Positions 39,915-53,094 of a stretch of DNA of 64,000 bases are shown piece after piece. Below the pieces are notes generated by a model. The model made no database searches and had not been told where the DNA came from. It saw only the letters and a list, made by a program, of their open reading frames with translations. Position 1 is the stretch's first letter. Each line of letters opens with the position of its first letter. A program made the translations under genes and the position numbers. The stretch lies in the NCBI RefSeq assembly GCF_009914755.1, contig NC_060935.1. One strand, 5' to 3'. The stretch is from the human T2T-CHM13v2.0 reference genome, Homo sapiens.

Positions 39915-40065
39915 GTGGCTCACATCTGTAGTCCCAGCTACTCAGGAGGCTGAGGAAGGAGGATCACTTGAGCCCATGTGTTCAAGGTTGCTGTGAGCTG
40001 TGATTCCACCACTGCACTCCAGCTTGTGTAACAGAGTGAGATCCTGTCTCTAAAAAATAGAAAAT
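39915..40065 (+). mobile_element. Monomeric Alu (FRAM/FAM-like or AluJ right arm)
   Basis: Single right-arm-like monomer; TSD agccatccaatt (39903-39914) / agtcatccaatt (40066-40077). Confidence 0.8.
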
Positions 40066-40202
40066 AGTCATCCAATTATATGACCTAAAATGCCCTCAGA
40101 TTATAAAATTATATTTGAAATGAGAATTATTTTACTCTCCATATTCCATGTCACCATATAATGAGATAATAAACCCACTTAGGAATACCCTAAAGATGTA
40201 AA

Positions 40203-41097
40203 GTGAAGGATATGAACAGACACTTCTCAAAAGAAGACATTTATGCAGCCAAAAAACACATGAAAAAATGCTCATCATCACTGGCCATCAAAGAAATGCA
40301 AATCAAAACCACAATGAGATACCATCTCACACCAGTTAGAATGGCAATCATTAAAAAGTCAGGAAACAACAGGTGCTGGAGAGGATGTGGAGAAATAGGA
40401 ACACTTTTACACTGTTGGTGGAACTGTAATCTAGTTCAACCATTGTGGAAGTCAGTGTGGTGATTCCTCAGGGATCTGGAACTAGAAATACCATTTGACC
40501 CAGCCATCCCATTACTGGGTATATACCCAAAGGATTATAAATCATGCTGCTATAAAGACACATGCACACGTATGTTTATTGTGGCACTGTTCACAATAGC
40601 AAAGACTTGGAACCAACCCAAATGTCCAACAATGATAGACTGGATTAAGAAAACGTGGCACATATACACCATGGAATACTATGCAGCCATAAAAAATGAT
40701 GAGTTCATGTCCTTTGTAGGGACATGGATGAAGCTGGAAACCATCATTCTCAGCAAACTATCGCAAGGACAAAAAGCCAAACACCGCATTGTCTCACTCA
40801 TAGATGGGAACTGAACAATGAGAACACATGGACACAGGAAGGGGAACATCACACACCGGGGACTGTTGTGGGGTGGGGGGAGTGGGGAGGGATAGCATTA
40901 GGAGATATACCTAATGCTAAATGACGAGTTAATGGGTGCAGCACACCAACATGGCACATGTATACATATGTAACAAACCTGCACGTTGTGCACATGTACC
41001 CTAAAACTTAAAGTATAATAATAATAAAATTTTAAAAAAATACTTAGAAAAAATCTAAAAAAAAAAATAATAAAATCTGCAATCAGAGCATTCACCC

Positions 41098-41125
<28 letters not shown>
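40203..41125 (+). mobile_element. 5'-truncated L1PA (about PA3-PA4) with a probable 3' transduction and second poly(A)
   Basis: ORF2 peptides at 40203-40463 and 40572-40814; 3'UTR ends near 41028; extra segment with AATAAA followed by A27 at 41099-41125. Confidence 0.9.
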
Positions 41126-41128
<3 letters not shown>

Positions 41129-42954
41129 AACAAAACAAAACCAATGAGAAGTTCAGATCCTAACATTAGATATCAGGGAAAATACAAGCAGGGGAGTTCT
41201 TATTCTTTTTAAATGATTAGTAACATCCTAATGTTATTAAGGCATAATTCATAAGTGTATTTATCACTGTTTTCCCTATTCTCCCTTATATAAGGACGTG
41301 GAAATGATAACACACTTAACAAAAAGGTTGCTTATTGAAAATTAGTAAAAATAAATTTTAGTTGTTCATGTTTATAAAGACCTGCCCTCAGATCTATGAC
41401 AGATCTGAGGTCAAAAGAGGCATCAGGAATCAAGAATATAAGATGATAGATTGAGAAGGAAGGGCAGGGGCTAGAAATTTCTCTCAACCTTGTAATTCCA
41501 ATAAAGGAAGATGATGCCATGGGAGGAATTGAGAGACCTTCCCTGCCTTTGAGATCAGGTGATCTGGCAAATGTTGTACAGAAACTTGTGATGGAAATTA
41601 CATAGAAAATTAAGATCTGTTGAGCTAAAGTAACACATAATTATTTTACATGCTTTCCTATATTTTATGTAAATATTTTAAGGCACTTATCCTGGAGTCT
41701 GTGAGGCAATATCAATTATAGTAATAATATGTGAAATGTCAAATGCTTAATACTTTATACAGGGAAAACCTTCAAGAAAATACTATGTTTGTGACACATT
41801 TGTCAAGAAATAACAAATAAAACCCCTTAAAATTTCTAGAAGAAGACAATCTTGTAGGATGATTTATGAAAAAAAAGAACCTGGTTTATACAACACCATC
41901 ACTTCAATTAATATCCTGTGTGGATAAAATACAAACAGCATACCATTCTTGAATTAAATACTAATTAATGTGTGAAACTTAGTATATACTCTCAAACAGT
42001 TAATAAATAGTCACTGTATCTATCTGATTTATGATAATTTTATCATTATCATGATTGTTTGTTTCATGCTATTGTGGAATGTATTTTCAGCAGTCACAAG
42101 GACAATTTTAGGCTTACATTAAGAGTATTATCCATTGCAGAAGTGTTTCTGTTTATCCATATTCAAATATGTCAAGATTGGTGTGTGGGGATAAGAGGTG
42201 TACAGACTGATTATAGTTTTAGTCCAAATACTACTTATTTATTTACTTGATTGTAATTCATTTTGAGTTTTCTATAAAATAAAGAGGATGTTCTGTATGC
42301 TTTTCAATATCTAACATTCCATGGTCTTAGAATTCTTCATGAACATTACAGTGCCTTTCTCTTTTTTCATTTTACAGAATTATTTTATTTTATGTAATTA
42401 TTTTATTTTTAATTTGCAAATAAAATTGTTTCTATTTCTTAGGTACAACATGATGTTTTGAAATTTGTATTCATTGTAAAATGGCTAAATCAGGCTAATT
42501 AACATATGCATTGCCTCACATATTTATCATTTTTTGTTGGGAGAACACTTAAAATCTCTCTTAGCAACTTTTAGGAATATAAAACATTGTTACTAACAAT
42601 ATCTCCATATTATTTTTAAAAAACAGGAAATTCAGTTGTTTCATTTCACCAAGATGTGAACAAAATGCCAATGTCTGCTCTCTTTAGAGAAACTGAGGTG
42701 GAAGGTCATGTTCCCAAAGTTCAAACTAATCCTGAGGTTCTTCTACAAAAGTTGCCTCTACCAAAAAGTTTATGTTTTCCAAATGCAGTTTACTCACTTT
42801 TTTATGTATCTCCGTTAACTGCTTCAAAGCAAACGATCATTTTCTATTAGTAAGAATGGAAGATGCAGCTCCCTCCATGGTGGTAACCGTTTTCAAGAAG
42901 TATTAATTTCCAGGTACCTGAAGAGGAAGACAAATCCCTCATATTGATGAGCCT

Positions 42955-43100
42955 AGGTTAAAGAGATACTTTTTGACCCACACATTCATTCACATACTGC
43001 ACAAAATAAGTGACATTTTTAAGGAGTTTTCAGTAATTTAGAATCAGGTCCCCAAAGAACTTAAACCTCAAGAGCTTACACCTGAAGGGACAAAATTAAA
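42955..43100 (-). promoter_or_regulatory. Candidate OR5G3 promoter/first exon
   Basis: CCCCAAAGAA, CCTCAAGAGC, CCTGAAGGGA, TAATTT and ATTAA, colinear with 24720-24860; minus-strand donor GTGAGT near 42793-42798. Confidence 0.55.
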
Positions 43101-43175
43101 CTGGTATCAGTTGCATTGGGACAAAGTAGTATCTCCTTATTGTATCTTAAAGAGAGGATTCCCAAGAAAACTCTG

Positions 43176-43223
43176 TATGTGTGTGTGTATGCACGTGTGT
43201 TTGTGTGTGTGTGTGTGTGTGTG
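43176..43223. repeat. Imperfect (TG)n microsatellite
   Basis: 'tatgtgtgtgtgtatgcacgtgtgtttgtgtgtgtgtgtgtgtgtgtg'. Confidence 0.9.
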
Positions 43224-43433
43224 CCCCTTTAGGATTCTCCTTGCCAAAGAGAGACCACTTTTACATCAGTGGAAAATGATGCATTGAGGAGTAAGCACAA
43301 GCTGGGATGAGGTAGTTTGCTGGCTGGATTCTCACCCTGCAAATCTCCTCCAACACAGAGCTCTGCTCTGGTTGTATCTGAAATACAAAAGATACAGAGC
43401 TCTGCTCTGGTTTTGTATCTGAAATACAAAAGA

Positions 43434-45094
43434 AGCATGTCCAACATCCAGGGCACACTGCTGCAAGGCGTGAGCTCCCAGGTCTTGGGCAACTCTACCT
43501 ACCCCTGTTGCTTTGTAAGGTTCAGTCCCCACAGTTGCTTTCAGGGGTTGGAGTTGAACGCCTGTGGCTTTTTCAGATGCAGTGTGCAAGCTCCTGGTGG
43601 AGCTACCATTCAAGGGTCTAGAGGACTGTGGCTCACTTCTCAGAGCTCCATTAGGCAGTGCCCCATTGGGGACTTTTTGTGGGGCTCCAACCCCACATTT
43701 CCTCTTGGCACTGCCCTAGTAGATGTTTCCTGTGAGGGCGCCATCCCTGTTGAAGGCTTCTGCCTGGGCACCCAGGCTTCCTCATAAATCCTCTGAAATC
43801 TAGGTGGAGACTACCAACTGTTCTTTACTCTTACATTATGTGCACCATAAAGTTTAACACCACATGGAAGCCACCAAGGCTTATGGCTTGCATTCCCCAA
43901 AGTGGCAACCCAAGCTGTACCTGGGTCCCTTTGAGCTCTGGCTAGAGCTGGAGTTGCAGTAGCCAGAATGCAGAGAACAGTGTCCTGAGGCTTTGCAGGG
44001 CAGTAGGGCCCTTGACCATTCCCATTAAAACATTCTTTCCTCCTTAGTCTCTGGGCTGTGATGGAAGGGACTATTGCCAAAGTTTCTGAGATGCCTATCC
44101 GGCCTTTCCCTGTTATCTTTTATAGTAGCACTTGGCTCCCTTTTAGTTATGCAAATATCTCTAGCAACTGGTTGCTCCACAGCCTGCCTGGATTCCTCTT
44201 CCCAAAAGCTTTTTCTTTCTCTGCTACATGACCAGGCTGCAAATTTTCCAAACATTTATGTTCTGCTTCCCTTTTAATTATAAGTTCCATTTTAGTTTTT
44301 TGCTCCTGCATCTGAGCATAGGCTGTTATAAGAAGCCATATCATTTCTTGAACACTTCTAGAAATTGTTTTCATCTGCATCACTCTCAAGTCCAAACTTC
44401 TACACAACCCTACAAAGAATGCAGCCAAGCTCTTTGCTAAGGCATAGCATGTGTGATCTTTGCTCCAGTTCCCAATAAGTTCCTCATTTCTATCTGAGAC
44501 CTCATCATCCTGGACTTCATTGCCCATATTACTATCAGCATTTTGATCACAACCATTTTATGAGTCTCTAGGAAGTTCCAAACTTTCCTTCAACTTCCTA
44601 TCTTCCTCTGAGCTCTTCCCACTTCGAAAGTCACTTCCACATTTTCAGATGTTATCACAATGCCCTACTTTTCAGTACCAACTTTCTGTATTAGGTCATT
44701 CTTTAATCGCTGCAAAGAAATACTTGAGAATGGATAATTTGCAAGAAAAGACGTTTAAATGGTTCATGGTTTCATGGTTCTGCAGGCCATACATCTGCTT
44801 CTGGGGAAGCCTCAGGGAGATTTTATTAATGACGGAAAGTGAAGCAGGAGCAGTCATTTCACATGGAGAAGTCAGGAGCAAGACAGAGAGAGAGAGAGAG
44901 TTGGGGGGTAGGGAGGTGCCATACACTTTTAAATGATCAGGTCTCATGAATACTCACTCACTATTATTGAAAAAGAACAAAACCATGAGGTATCTGCCTC
45001 CATAATCTAATCACCTCCCACCAGGCCCCATCTCCAAATTAGGGCTTATAATCTAACGTGAGATTTGGGCAGGACAAATGTTCAAACTATATCA
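43434..45094 (-). mobile_element. MST (MaLR) provirus: 5' LTR 44687-45094 plus truncated internal region
   Basis: LTR TGTATTAG...AACTATATCA; MaLR internal 'ggctccaaccccacatttcc', 'ctctttgctaaggcatagca', 'gtctctaggaagttccaaacttt'; second LTR absent. Confidence 0.85.
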
Positions 45095-46228
45095 TGCTTT
45101 GAGAGTTAAAGATGGCATAGTCATTTTAAGAAAGACCCAAACAGAACTCCCAAAATTGAAAAACTCACTATAAGAATTTCATAGTACAGTTGGAAGTATT
45201 AACAATGGAATAGACCAAGCTGAGGAAAGAATCTCAGAGCTCAAAAACCATTCGTTCAAACTAACATGGTCAGACAAATAAAAGATGAATAAAATAATAA
45301 CTTAAAAAAAACTCTGATAAATATGGGATTATGTAATGAGACCAAATATAGGACTCACTGGCATTCTTGAGAAATAAGGACAAAGAGTAAGCAACTTGGA
45401 AAACATATGGGAAGATACAGGCCTCACAAAATTTCCCAAGTGCTATAGTGGTTGGCATGCAAATTCAAGAAACTCAGAAGAGAGCCACTGCAAGATGCTA
45501 TAAAAATGACCATCCCCAACACACATAGTCATCGTGTTCTCCAAAGTTAACATGAAAGACAAAAAATCTCAAAGGCAGCTAAAAAAAAAAGAAAAAAAAA
45601 GGGGGGTTCAGGTCACTTACAAAAAAAAAAGCCCCATTAGGCTAACAGCAGACTTTTCAGTAGAAATCTTATAAGCCAGAAGAAATTGGGGGTCTGTTTT
45701 TAGCATCCTTAAAGAAAAGAAATTCCAACCAAGAATTTCATATTTCACCAAACTAAGCTTCATAAGCAAAAGAGTAATAAAATTCTTCCAGACAAGCAAA
45801 CACTAAAGAAATTTGTTACCACTAGACTAGCCTTACAAGAGGTCCTTAGGGGAGTTCTAAATATAGAAACAGGAAAACAATATCTGCTACCACAAAAACA
45901 CACCCAATGTATTTATAGCAGGTACACAATTGAGTTTACAAAGCAAGCAGCTAACAACACAATGACATGATTAAAATCTCACATATCAATATTAAACTTG
46001 AATGTAAATGATTGAAATGCACTGCTTGGCAGAGTGACAAGTTAGAAAAAACAAAACCTAACCATGAACAGTTTTCAAGAGACCCATCTCACACGTAATG
46101 ACACCAACAGGTTCAAAGTAAAGGGATGGAAAATGATCTCTTATGCAAATAGAAAACAAAAAAGAGCAGAGATTACTCTTCTTAAATCACTTAAAGGAGT
46201 CTTTAAATCAACAATAGTGTAAAAGGAC

Positions 46229-47311
46229 TATCAGGGGAGCCAGCCCCCAATATTTCAACGTAGGTTCTTTTCTATTTTCCCTAAGTGTTGGCCAGCCTGA
46301 GAAATAAAGAGAAAGAGTACAAGAGAGAAATTTTACAGCTGGACCTCCAGGGGTGACATCACATATTGGCAGTTTCTGTGATGCCCCTTGAGCTGCGAAA
46401 CCAGCAAGTTTTTATTAGGGATTTCAAAAGGGGAGGGGAGTACAAACAGGGAGTAAGTCACAAAGATCACATGCTTCAAAGGGCAATTTTTATTGCAGAA
46501 GGGCAGAGCAAGATCATAAGGCCAGGGCGAAATTAGAATTTCTGATGAGGTTTCATGTCCCACTGGGCACATATTGTCTTGATAAACATCTTAACAGGAA
46601 ACAGGGTTTGAGAGCAGACAACCGGTCTGACTAGAATTTACCAGGCTGGAATTTCCCAATCCTCGTATGCCTGAGGGCACTGCAGGAGACCAGGGCATAT
46701 TTCATCCCTTATCTTCAACCACATAAGACAGACACTCCCAGAGCGGCCATCAATAGACCTACCCCTGGGAATGCATTCCTTTCCCAGGGTTTTTCCTTGC
46801 TAGGAAGAAAATTCAGTGATATTTCTCCTATTTGCTTTCTGCAAGAAGAGAAATATGACTCTGTTCTGCCAGGCCCCGCAGGCAGTCAGACCTTATGGTT
46901 ATCTCCCTTGTTCCCTGAAAATCGCTGTTATCCTGTTCTTTTTTAGGATGCCCATATCCTAAAGATTTCATATCTTTTAAACACACATGTTTTACAAACA
47001 ATTTGTACAGATAATGCAATCATCACAGGGTCCTGAGGTGACATACATCCTCAGCTTACAAAGATGATGGAATTAAGAGATTAAAGTAAAGACAGGCATA
47101 GGAAATTATAAGAGTATTGATTTGGGAAGTGATAAATGTCCATGAAATCTTCACAATTTATGTTCAGAGATTGCAGTAAAGACAGGCGTAAGAAATTATA
47201 AAAGTATGAATTTGGGGAACAAACAAATGTCCATGAAATCTTCACAATTTATGTTATTCTGCCACAGCTTCAGCTGGTTCCTCCATTCAGGGTCCCTGAC
47301 TTCCCACAACA
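46229..47311 (-). mobile_element. MER11-type (HERV-K HML-8) solo LTR
   Basis: Minus strand starts TGTTGTGGGAAGTCAGGGACCC; about 1.08 kb; perfect 6-bp TSD AAGGAC (46223-46228 and 47312-47317); internal duplication of about 90 bp at 47085-47255. Confidence 0.9.
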
Positions 47312-50300
47312 AAGGACAAAGAAAGACATTACATAATGATAAAGGGTTAAATTCAGCAAGAAGACTTAACTATCATAAATATATACACATCCAACATTGG
47401 AGCACTCAGATTCATAAAATAAGTACTTGTAGACATTTGAAGAACTTAGCTACAAAATAAAAATGAGATCTTTAACACCTCACTAACAGTGTTAGACAGA
47501 TGCATGAGGCAGAAACCTAACAAAGAAACCCTGGACTTAAATTACACTCTTGAATCATTGGACCTAATAGAAAACCACACAATACAACACCTAACAACCA
47601 CAGAATATACATTCTTTTCAACTTCACATGGAACATACTGTAAGATTAACCACATGCTCAGCCCTAAAGCAAGTCTCAATAAATTCCAAAAGATTCAAAA
47701 TCACATCAGTCATACTCTTGGACCACAGTGCAATAAAAACATAAAATCAATACCAAGAAGATTTCTCAACACCACACGATTTCATGTAAATTAAACAACT
47801 TACTCCTCAATGACTTTGGGATAAACAAAAAAATTGATGCAGAAATTAAAAAAAAATTCTTTGAAATTAATGAAAACAGAGACACAACATACCAAAATCT
47901 CTGGGATGCAGTTAAAGCAGTGTTAAGAGGAAAGTTTATAGTGCTAAATGCCTACATCAAGAAGTTAGAAAGATATCAAATTAATAATTTACCATCATAC
48001 CTGTAGGAACTAGAAAAACAAGAAAAATCAAACCCCAAAGATAGCAGAAGAAAACAAATAACTAAAGTCAAAACAGAAATCTACAAAATTGAGATGTAAA
48101 AATCCACAGAAAAGATCAATGAAACCAAAAGTTTGCTTTTTGAAAGAATAAAAAACACTAATAAACTACTAGCTAGATTAACAAAGGGAAAAAAAGGAAA
48201 ATCCAAAAAAGCACAATCAGGAACGACAAAGATGACATTAAAACAAGTCCCACAGAAATACAAAACTCCTCAGAGACTACTATGAGCACCTCTATGTACA
48301 CAAATTAGAAAATCTAGAGGAAATTAAAGAATTTCTAGAAATACACAAATTCCCAAGCTTAAACCAAGTAGTAATTGAATCCCTGAACAGACCAATAACA
48401 AGTTCCAAAATGAATCAAAAATAATTAAAAAAAAAAACTAGCAACAAATAAAAGCCCTGGATGAGATGGATTCACAGCCAATTTCTACCTGACATACAAA
48501 GAAGAGCTGATATCAATCCTACTGAAACTACTGCAAAAAACTAAGAAAGAGGGATTCTTCTCTAAGTTATTCTATGAAGCCAACATCACCCAATACCAAA
48601 ATCTGGCAGAGACACAATAAAGAAAGAGTACTACAGGCTTATATTCATGATGAACATAGGCAAAAAAAGTCCTCAACAAAACATCAGCAAATCAAATCCA
48701 CCAATGCATTAAAAAGTTAATTCGCCATGACCAAGTAGACTTTATTTCTGTGATGCAAGTTTGGTTAAACATATGCAAATGAATTAGTGTGATTCACCAT
48801 ATAAACAGAATTAAAAATAAACTATATGATCATCTCAATAGATGCAGAAAAACTTTCCATAAAATCAAAACTCTTCATGATAAGAACTCTCAAGAGACTA
48901 GGCATCAAAGGAACGTCTCTTAAGAGCCACTTATGATAAACCCATAGTCCACAACACACAGAATGGACAAAAATTGGAAGCATTCCCTTGAGAACTGGAA
49001 CAGAACAAGGATGCCCACTCTTACCATCCTATGCAACATCATACTATAAGTCCTAGCCAAAGCAATGAGGCAAGAGAAATAAATAAAAGGCATTCAAATA
49101 GGAAAAGAGGAAATCAAACTATCTCTTTTCATGGGTGATATGATTGAATCCCTAGAAAACCCTGAAGACTCTGCCAAGAGGCTCCTTAAACTGATAAACC
49201 ACTTTAGTAAACTTTCAGTATACAAAATCAATGTACAAAAATCAGTAGCATTTCTATACACTAATAATGTTCAAACTAAGAACCGAATCAAGAGCATAAT
49301 ACATTTTAAACAATATATACAAAAAGAATAACATGCTTAGGAATAGATCTAACCAAAAGATGAAAGACGTCTACAAGAAGAAATAAAAACCACTGCACAA
49401 AGAAATCAGAGATGACGCAAACAAATGGAAAAAATTCCATGCTCATGGATTGGAAAAATCAATATTATTAAAATTATCATATTGTCCAAAGCAATTTACA
49501 GATTCAATGCTATTTCTACTAACTACCAATGACATTTTTCATAGAACTTGAAAAAAAATTAACAGTTCATATGGAATCATAAAACAAACCAAATAGCCAA
49601 AGCAGTCCTAAGCAAAAAGAACAAAGCTAGGGGAATGACATTACCTGACTTCATATTATACCCCAAAGCTACAGTAACCAAAATAGCATAGTACTCATAC
49701 AAAAATAGACACATAGACCAATGGAACAGAATAGAGAAGCTAGCAATAAAGCTGCACAGCTACACCCATCTGATCTTCAACAAAGTAAAAAAAAAAATAA
49801 GCAATAGAGAAAGAACTCTGTTTAACAAATGGTGATGGGATAACTGGCTAGCCATTTACAAAAGAATGAAACAGGGCCCCCATCTTTAACGACATACAAA
49901 AATTAATATAAGATGGATTAAAGACATCAGTTTAAAACCTCAAACTATTAAAATCTTAGAAGAAAACCTAGAAAGTACTCTTCTTGACATGAACCTTGGC
50001 AAAGAACGTTTGACTAAGTCCCCAAAAGCAATTGCAACAAAAACAATAATTGGCAAGTGGGACCTAACTAAACTAAACAGCTTCTGCACAGCAAAAGAAA
50101 CTATCAACAGAATAAACAGGCAACCTACAGAATGGGAGAAAATATTTATAAACTATGCATCTGACAAAGGCCTAATGTCCAGAATGTATAAGCAACTTTT
50201 AAAAATCAGCAAGCAAAAAATAAATCTCATTACAAAGTGGGCAAAGAACATGAACAGACACTTCTCATAAGAAGAAAACCATGCAGCCAACATACATATG

Positions 50301-50964
50301 AAAAAAGTGCTTATCATCATTAATCATCAAGGAAATGCAAATCAAAACTACATGAGACACCATCTCACACCAGTCAGAATAGCTTTTGTTAAAAAGTCAA
50401 AAAAACAAACAAACAAAAAAATGTTGGCCAAGCTGTAGAGAAAAGAAAATGCTTATGCGCTATTGGTGGGAATGTAAATTAGCTCCTGCACAGTGGAGAG
50501 CAGTTTGGCGATTTCTCAAAGGACTGCGTTGAGCCAGCTATCCCATTAGTAGGTGTACACCTGAAGGAATACAAATCTTTCTACCAAACAGACACCTCAA
50601 CCTGTATGTTCATCACAGCACTATTCACAAGTGCAAAAATATGGCATCAACCTAGGTGCCCATCAATGGTGGATTGGATAAAGAAAATATGACATATATG
50701 CACCATTAAATATTATCCATCCATAAATAAGAATAAAATTATGTTCTTTGCAGTAAGACGGATGCAGCAGGAGGCCATTTTCCTAAAGAAAATAATAGAA
50801 AAACAAATACTGTTATGTTCTCACTTGTAAGTGCGACCTAAACATTGGGTACACATTGACATGAAGACGGGAAAAATAGACACTGGAAAATACAAGAAGG
50901 AGGAGGAAGGGAGGGGGTCAAGGGCTGAAAAATTACCTATTGGGTACTGTCTTCACTTCTTGGT

Positions 50965-51362
50965 TATGTTAGTCCATTTTTGCACCACTATAAATACCCG
51001 AGGCTAGGCAAGTTATAAACAAAAAAAGAGGTTTAATTGTGTCACAGTTCTGCAGGCTGTACAAGAAGCATGGCACCAGCATCTGATTGTAGTGAGGACT
51101 CAGGAGCTCACAATCACGGCAGAAGGTAAAGGGAAAGTAGTCAATGTCACATAGCATAAGTAGGAGTAGGAGATGTGGGGGAAGAGTCACACACTTTTAA
51201 ACAATAGATATTGTGAAAATTCACTCTTTAACTATCATGAGGACAGAACCCAGCCATTCATGATGGATCAACCCTGCAGTATCTTCTGCAAGGCCCCACC
51301 TCCAACATGGGGAATCATATTCACCATCAGATTTGGAGGAGACAGACACCCAAATTATATCA
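50965..51362 (-). mobile_element. MSTB-type solo LTR in the L1 3'UTR
   Basis: 'cacagttctgcaggctgtacaagaagcatggcaccagcatctg...gatttggaggagacagacacccaaattatatca'. Confidence 0.85.
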
Positions 51363-51558
51363 CTGTCTGACAGGTTCAATCATCTTCCAAACCTCAGGGT
51401 CATGCAATACACCTTTTAACAAACCTGCACATGTACCCCCAGGAATCTAAAGTAAAACACGTAATAGACAAAAGAAAAGGAAAGTCAGATACTAGTTACA
51501 TTTCAGGCACTCCTGAAAGTGTAGTCTACATACTGCTTCCCTTTCTTACAACAGTTAA

Positions 51559-51733
51559 TGTGGCAAACCCTGTGCCTCAACCTTATCATTTCAGTGCACG
51601 CTAGCCAATTTTCTTGATGCCAGCTACATTTCTTTATCTGAGGATCATCTTCCCACTACTTTTCCACCACCCAGCAAGCCAGAAGTGTTAAAAAATTTAA
51701 CACTTCCAAAGAGCAACTTTCAACCAAAAACTT
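51559..51733 (+). mobile_element. LTR16-type 5' fragment, paralogous to 33193-33400
   Basis: Shares 'cttatcatttcagtgcac', 'gaggat..atctt', 'caagc..gaagtg' and 'gagcaact.tcaaccaaa' with the 33.2 kb copy. Confidence 0.6.
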
Positions 51734-51739
51734 ATTCAA

Positions 51740-52810
51740 AAAATGAGAAAAGGAAGCAAAAGTGAAAAAATAACTAGTGGGACAAAAGGAAACAACAGAA
51801 AGACTTTAGATTTATGTGCAATCATATCAATAATCACTCTAAATGAAAATGTTCTATATACCCCCAATTAAAATGTAAAATTTATATTAGTATGAATAAA
51901 GCAAGATCAAAAACATACCTCCTAAAAGAAACTTACTTTAAATATTAAGGGACAAATAAGTTAAAGTTAAAAGGCTGGGAAAAGATAAGCCTTGCTAAAA
52001 CTAACCAAAGGAGAGCTGGCACAGCTGTCTTAACATCGGACTAATTAAATGCTACAACAAAGAAAACAAACAGGGATAATGATGGTAATTCCATATTAAT
52101 AGAGAAACCAATTTATCAAGAAGACACAACAATCCTAAGCATTTATGCACTTAATAGCGGAGCTTCCAAATATATGAAGCAAATACTGACAGAAATGTAA
52201 GGAGAAATAAATAAATCCACAACTAGAGTTGGAGATTTCAACATTGTTCCCTAAAAATTAATAGCACAAGTCAAAAAAATATCAGTATTGACATAAAAGA
52301 CTTAGACAACACTATCAAAACAAACATTATCGTTTATAGAACACTTCAATAATAGCAGAAAACACATTGTTTTTAAATGCAGTTAGAATAGTAGCCAAAA
52401 TAGATTATATTTTATCTCAATAAAAAGCCTCAATAAATTTAAAAGAATTCAAGCCATGGAAAGTATGTTCTCTAACTCAATGTAACTAAATGAGAAACCA
52501 ATGATAAATAGAAAGCTCTCTGGAAAATTCCTAAATAGTTTGAAAATAAATAATATAATTCTAAATAATCTATGAGTGAAAAAAGGAACAAAAATAACTA
52601 GAGAAATTATTTTTAATGGATAGAAGATGAAAACGCAATGAATCAAAAATGAGCGGAAACCCAGTAAAGTGGCTCATAGAGGGAAGTTTGTAACGCTAAC
52701 CACCAACATTAGAAAAGGAATATTTCTTAAATGACTCTGAGCCAGAATTCCTCTGATGCCAAAATCATACAAAGACGTTACATGAAAAGAAGATGACAGA
52801 TACCACACTT
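51740..52810 (+). mobile_element. Old L1M ORF2 (endonuclease region) fragment
   Basis: 'atcaataatcactctaaatgaaaatg...caagaagacacaacaatcctaagcatttatgcac...gttggagatttcaaca'. Confidence 0.7.
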
Positions 52811-53094
52811 TGTTCTCTCCTAAGTGAAACTTCGTTCCAACCAACTGCACTGTTCCTTTCTCTTTGCCTCTGTACATCTTCTTATTCCAACCTGGAATGC
52901 CTTTTCTGTTAACTGTGGATAATCACTAACTTCTTGCATGAAATTTTTACCCACCACTATAGCAGACAATCATCCATCCTTCTTCTACAATTCTGCAGCA
53001 TGTTTTGCCTTGAATAAAGCAAATGATACTTTGAACTGCAGGTTTTCTTTATTCTCTTCTTTTTTTAAACACAGGGTGAACTTTTTAAGTACAA

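Larger units (their letters stand above)
45095..51460 (+). mobile_element. Long L1 (L1PA15-17/PB4 age): part of ORF1, ORF2 and 3'UTR; hosts MER11 and MSTB LTRs
   Basis: Colinear degenerate ORF1/ORF2 (peptides at 47489, 49131, 49989); 3'UTR 'gggctgaaaaattacctattgggtac...aacaaacctgcacatgtaccccc'. Confidence 0.9.

Noticed and set aside
47085-47255. About 90-bp tandem duplication or CRISPR-like array
   Set aside because: It lies inside the MER11 LTR and appears to be an LTR feature; there is no repeat-spacer array anywhere in this eukaryotic window.
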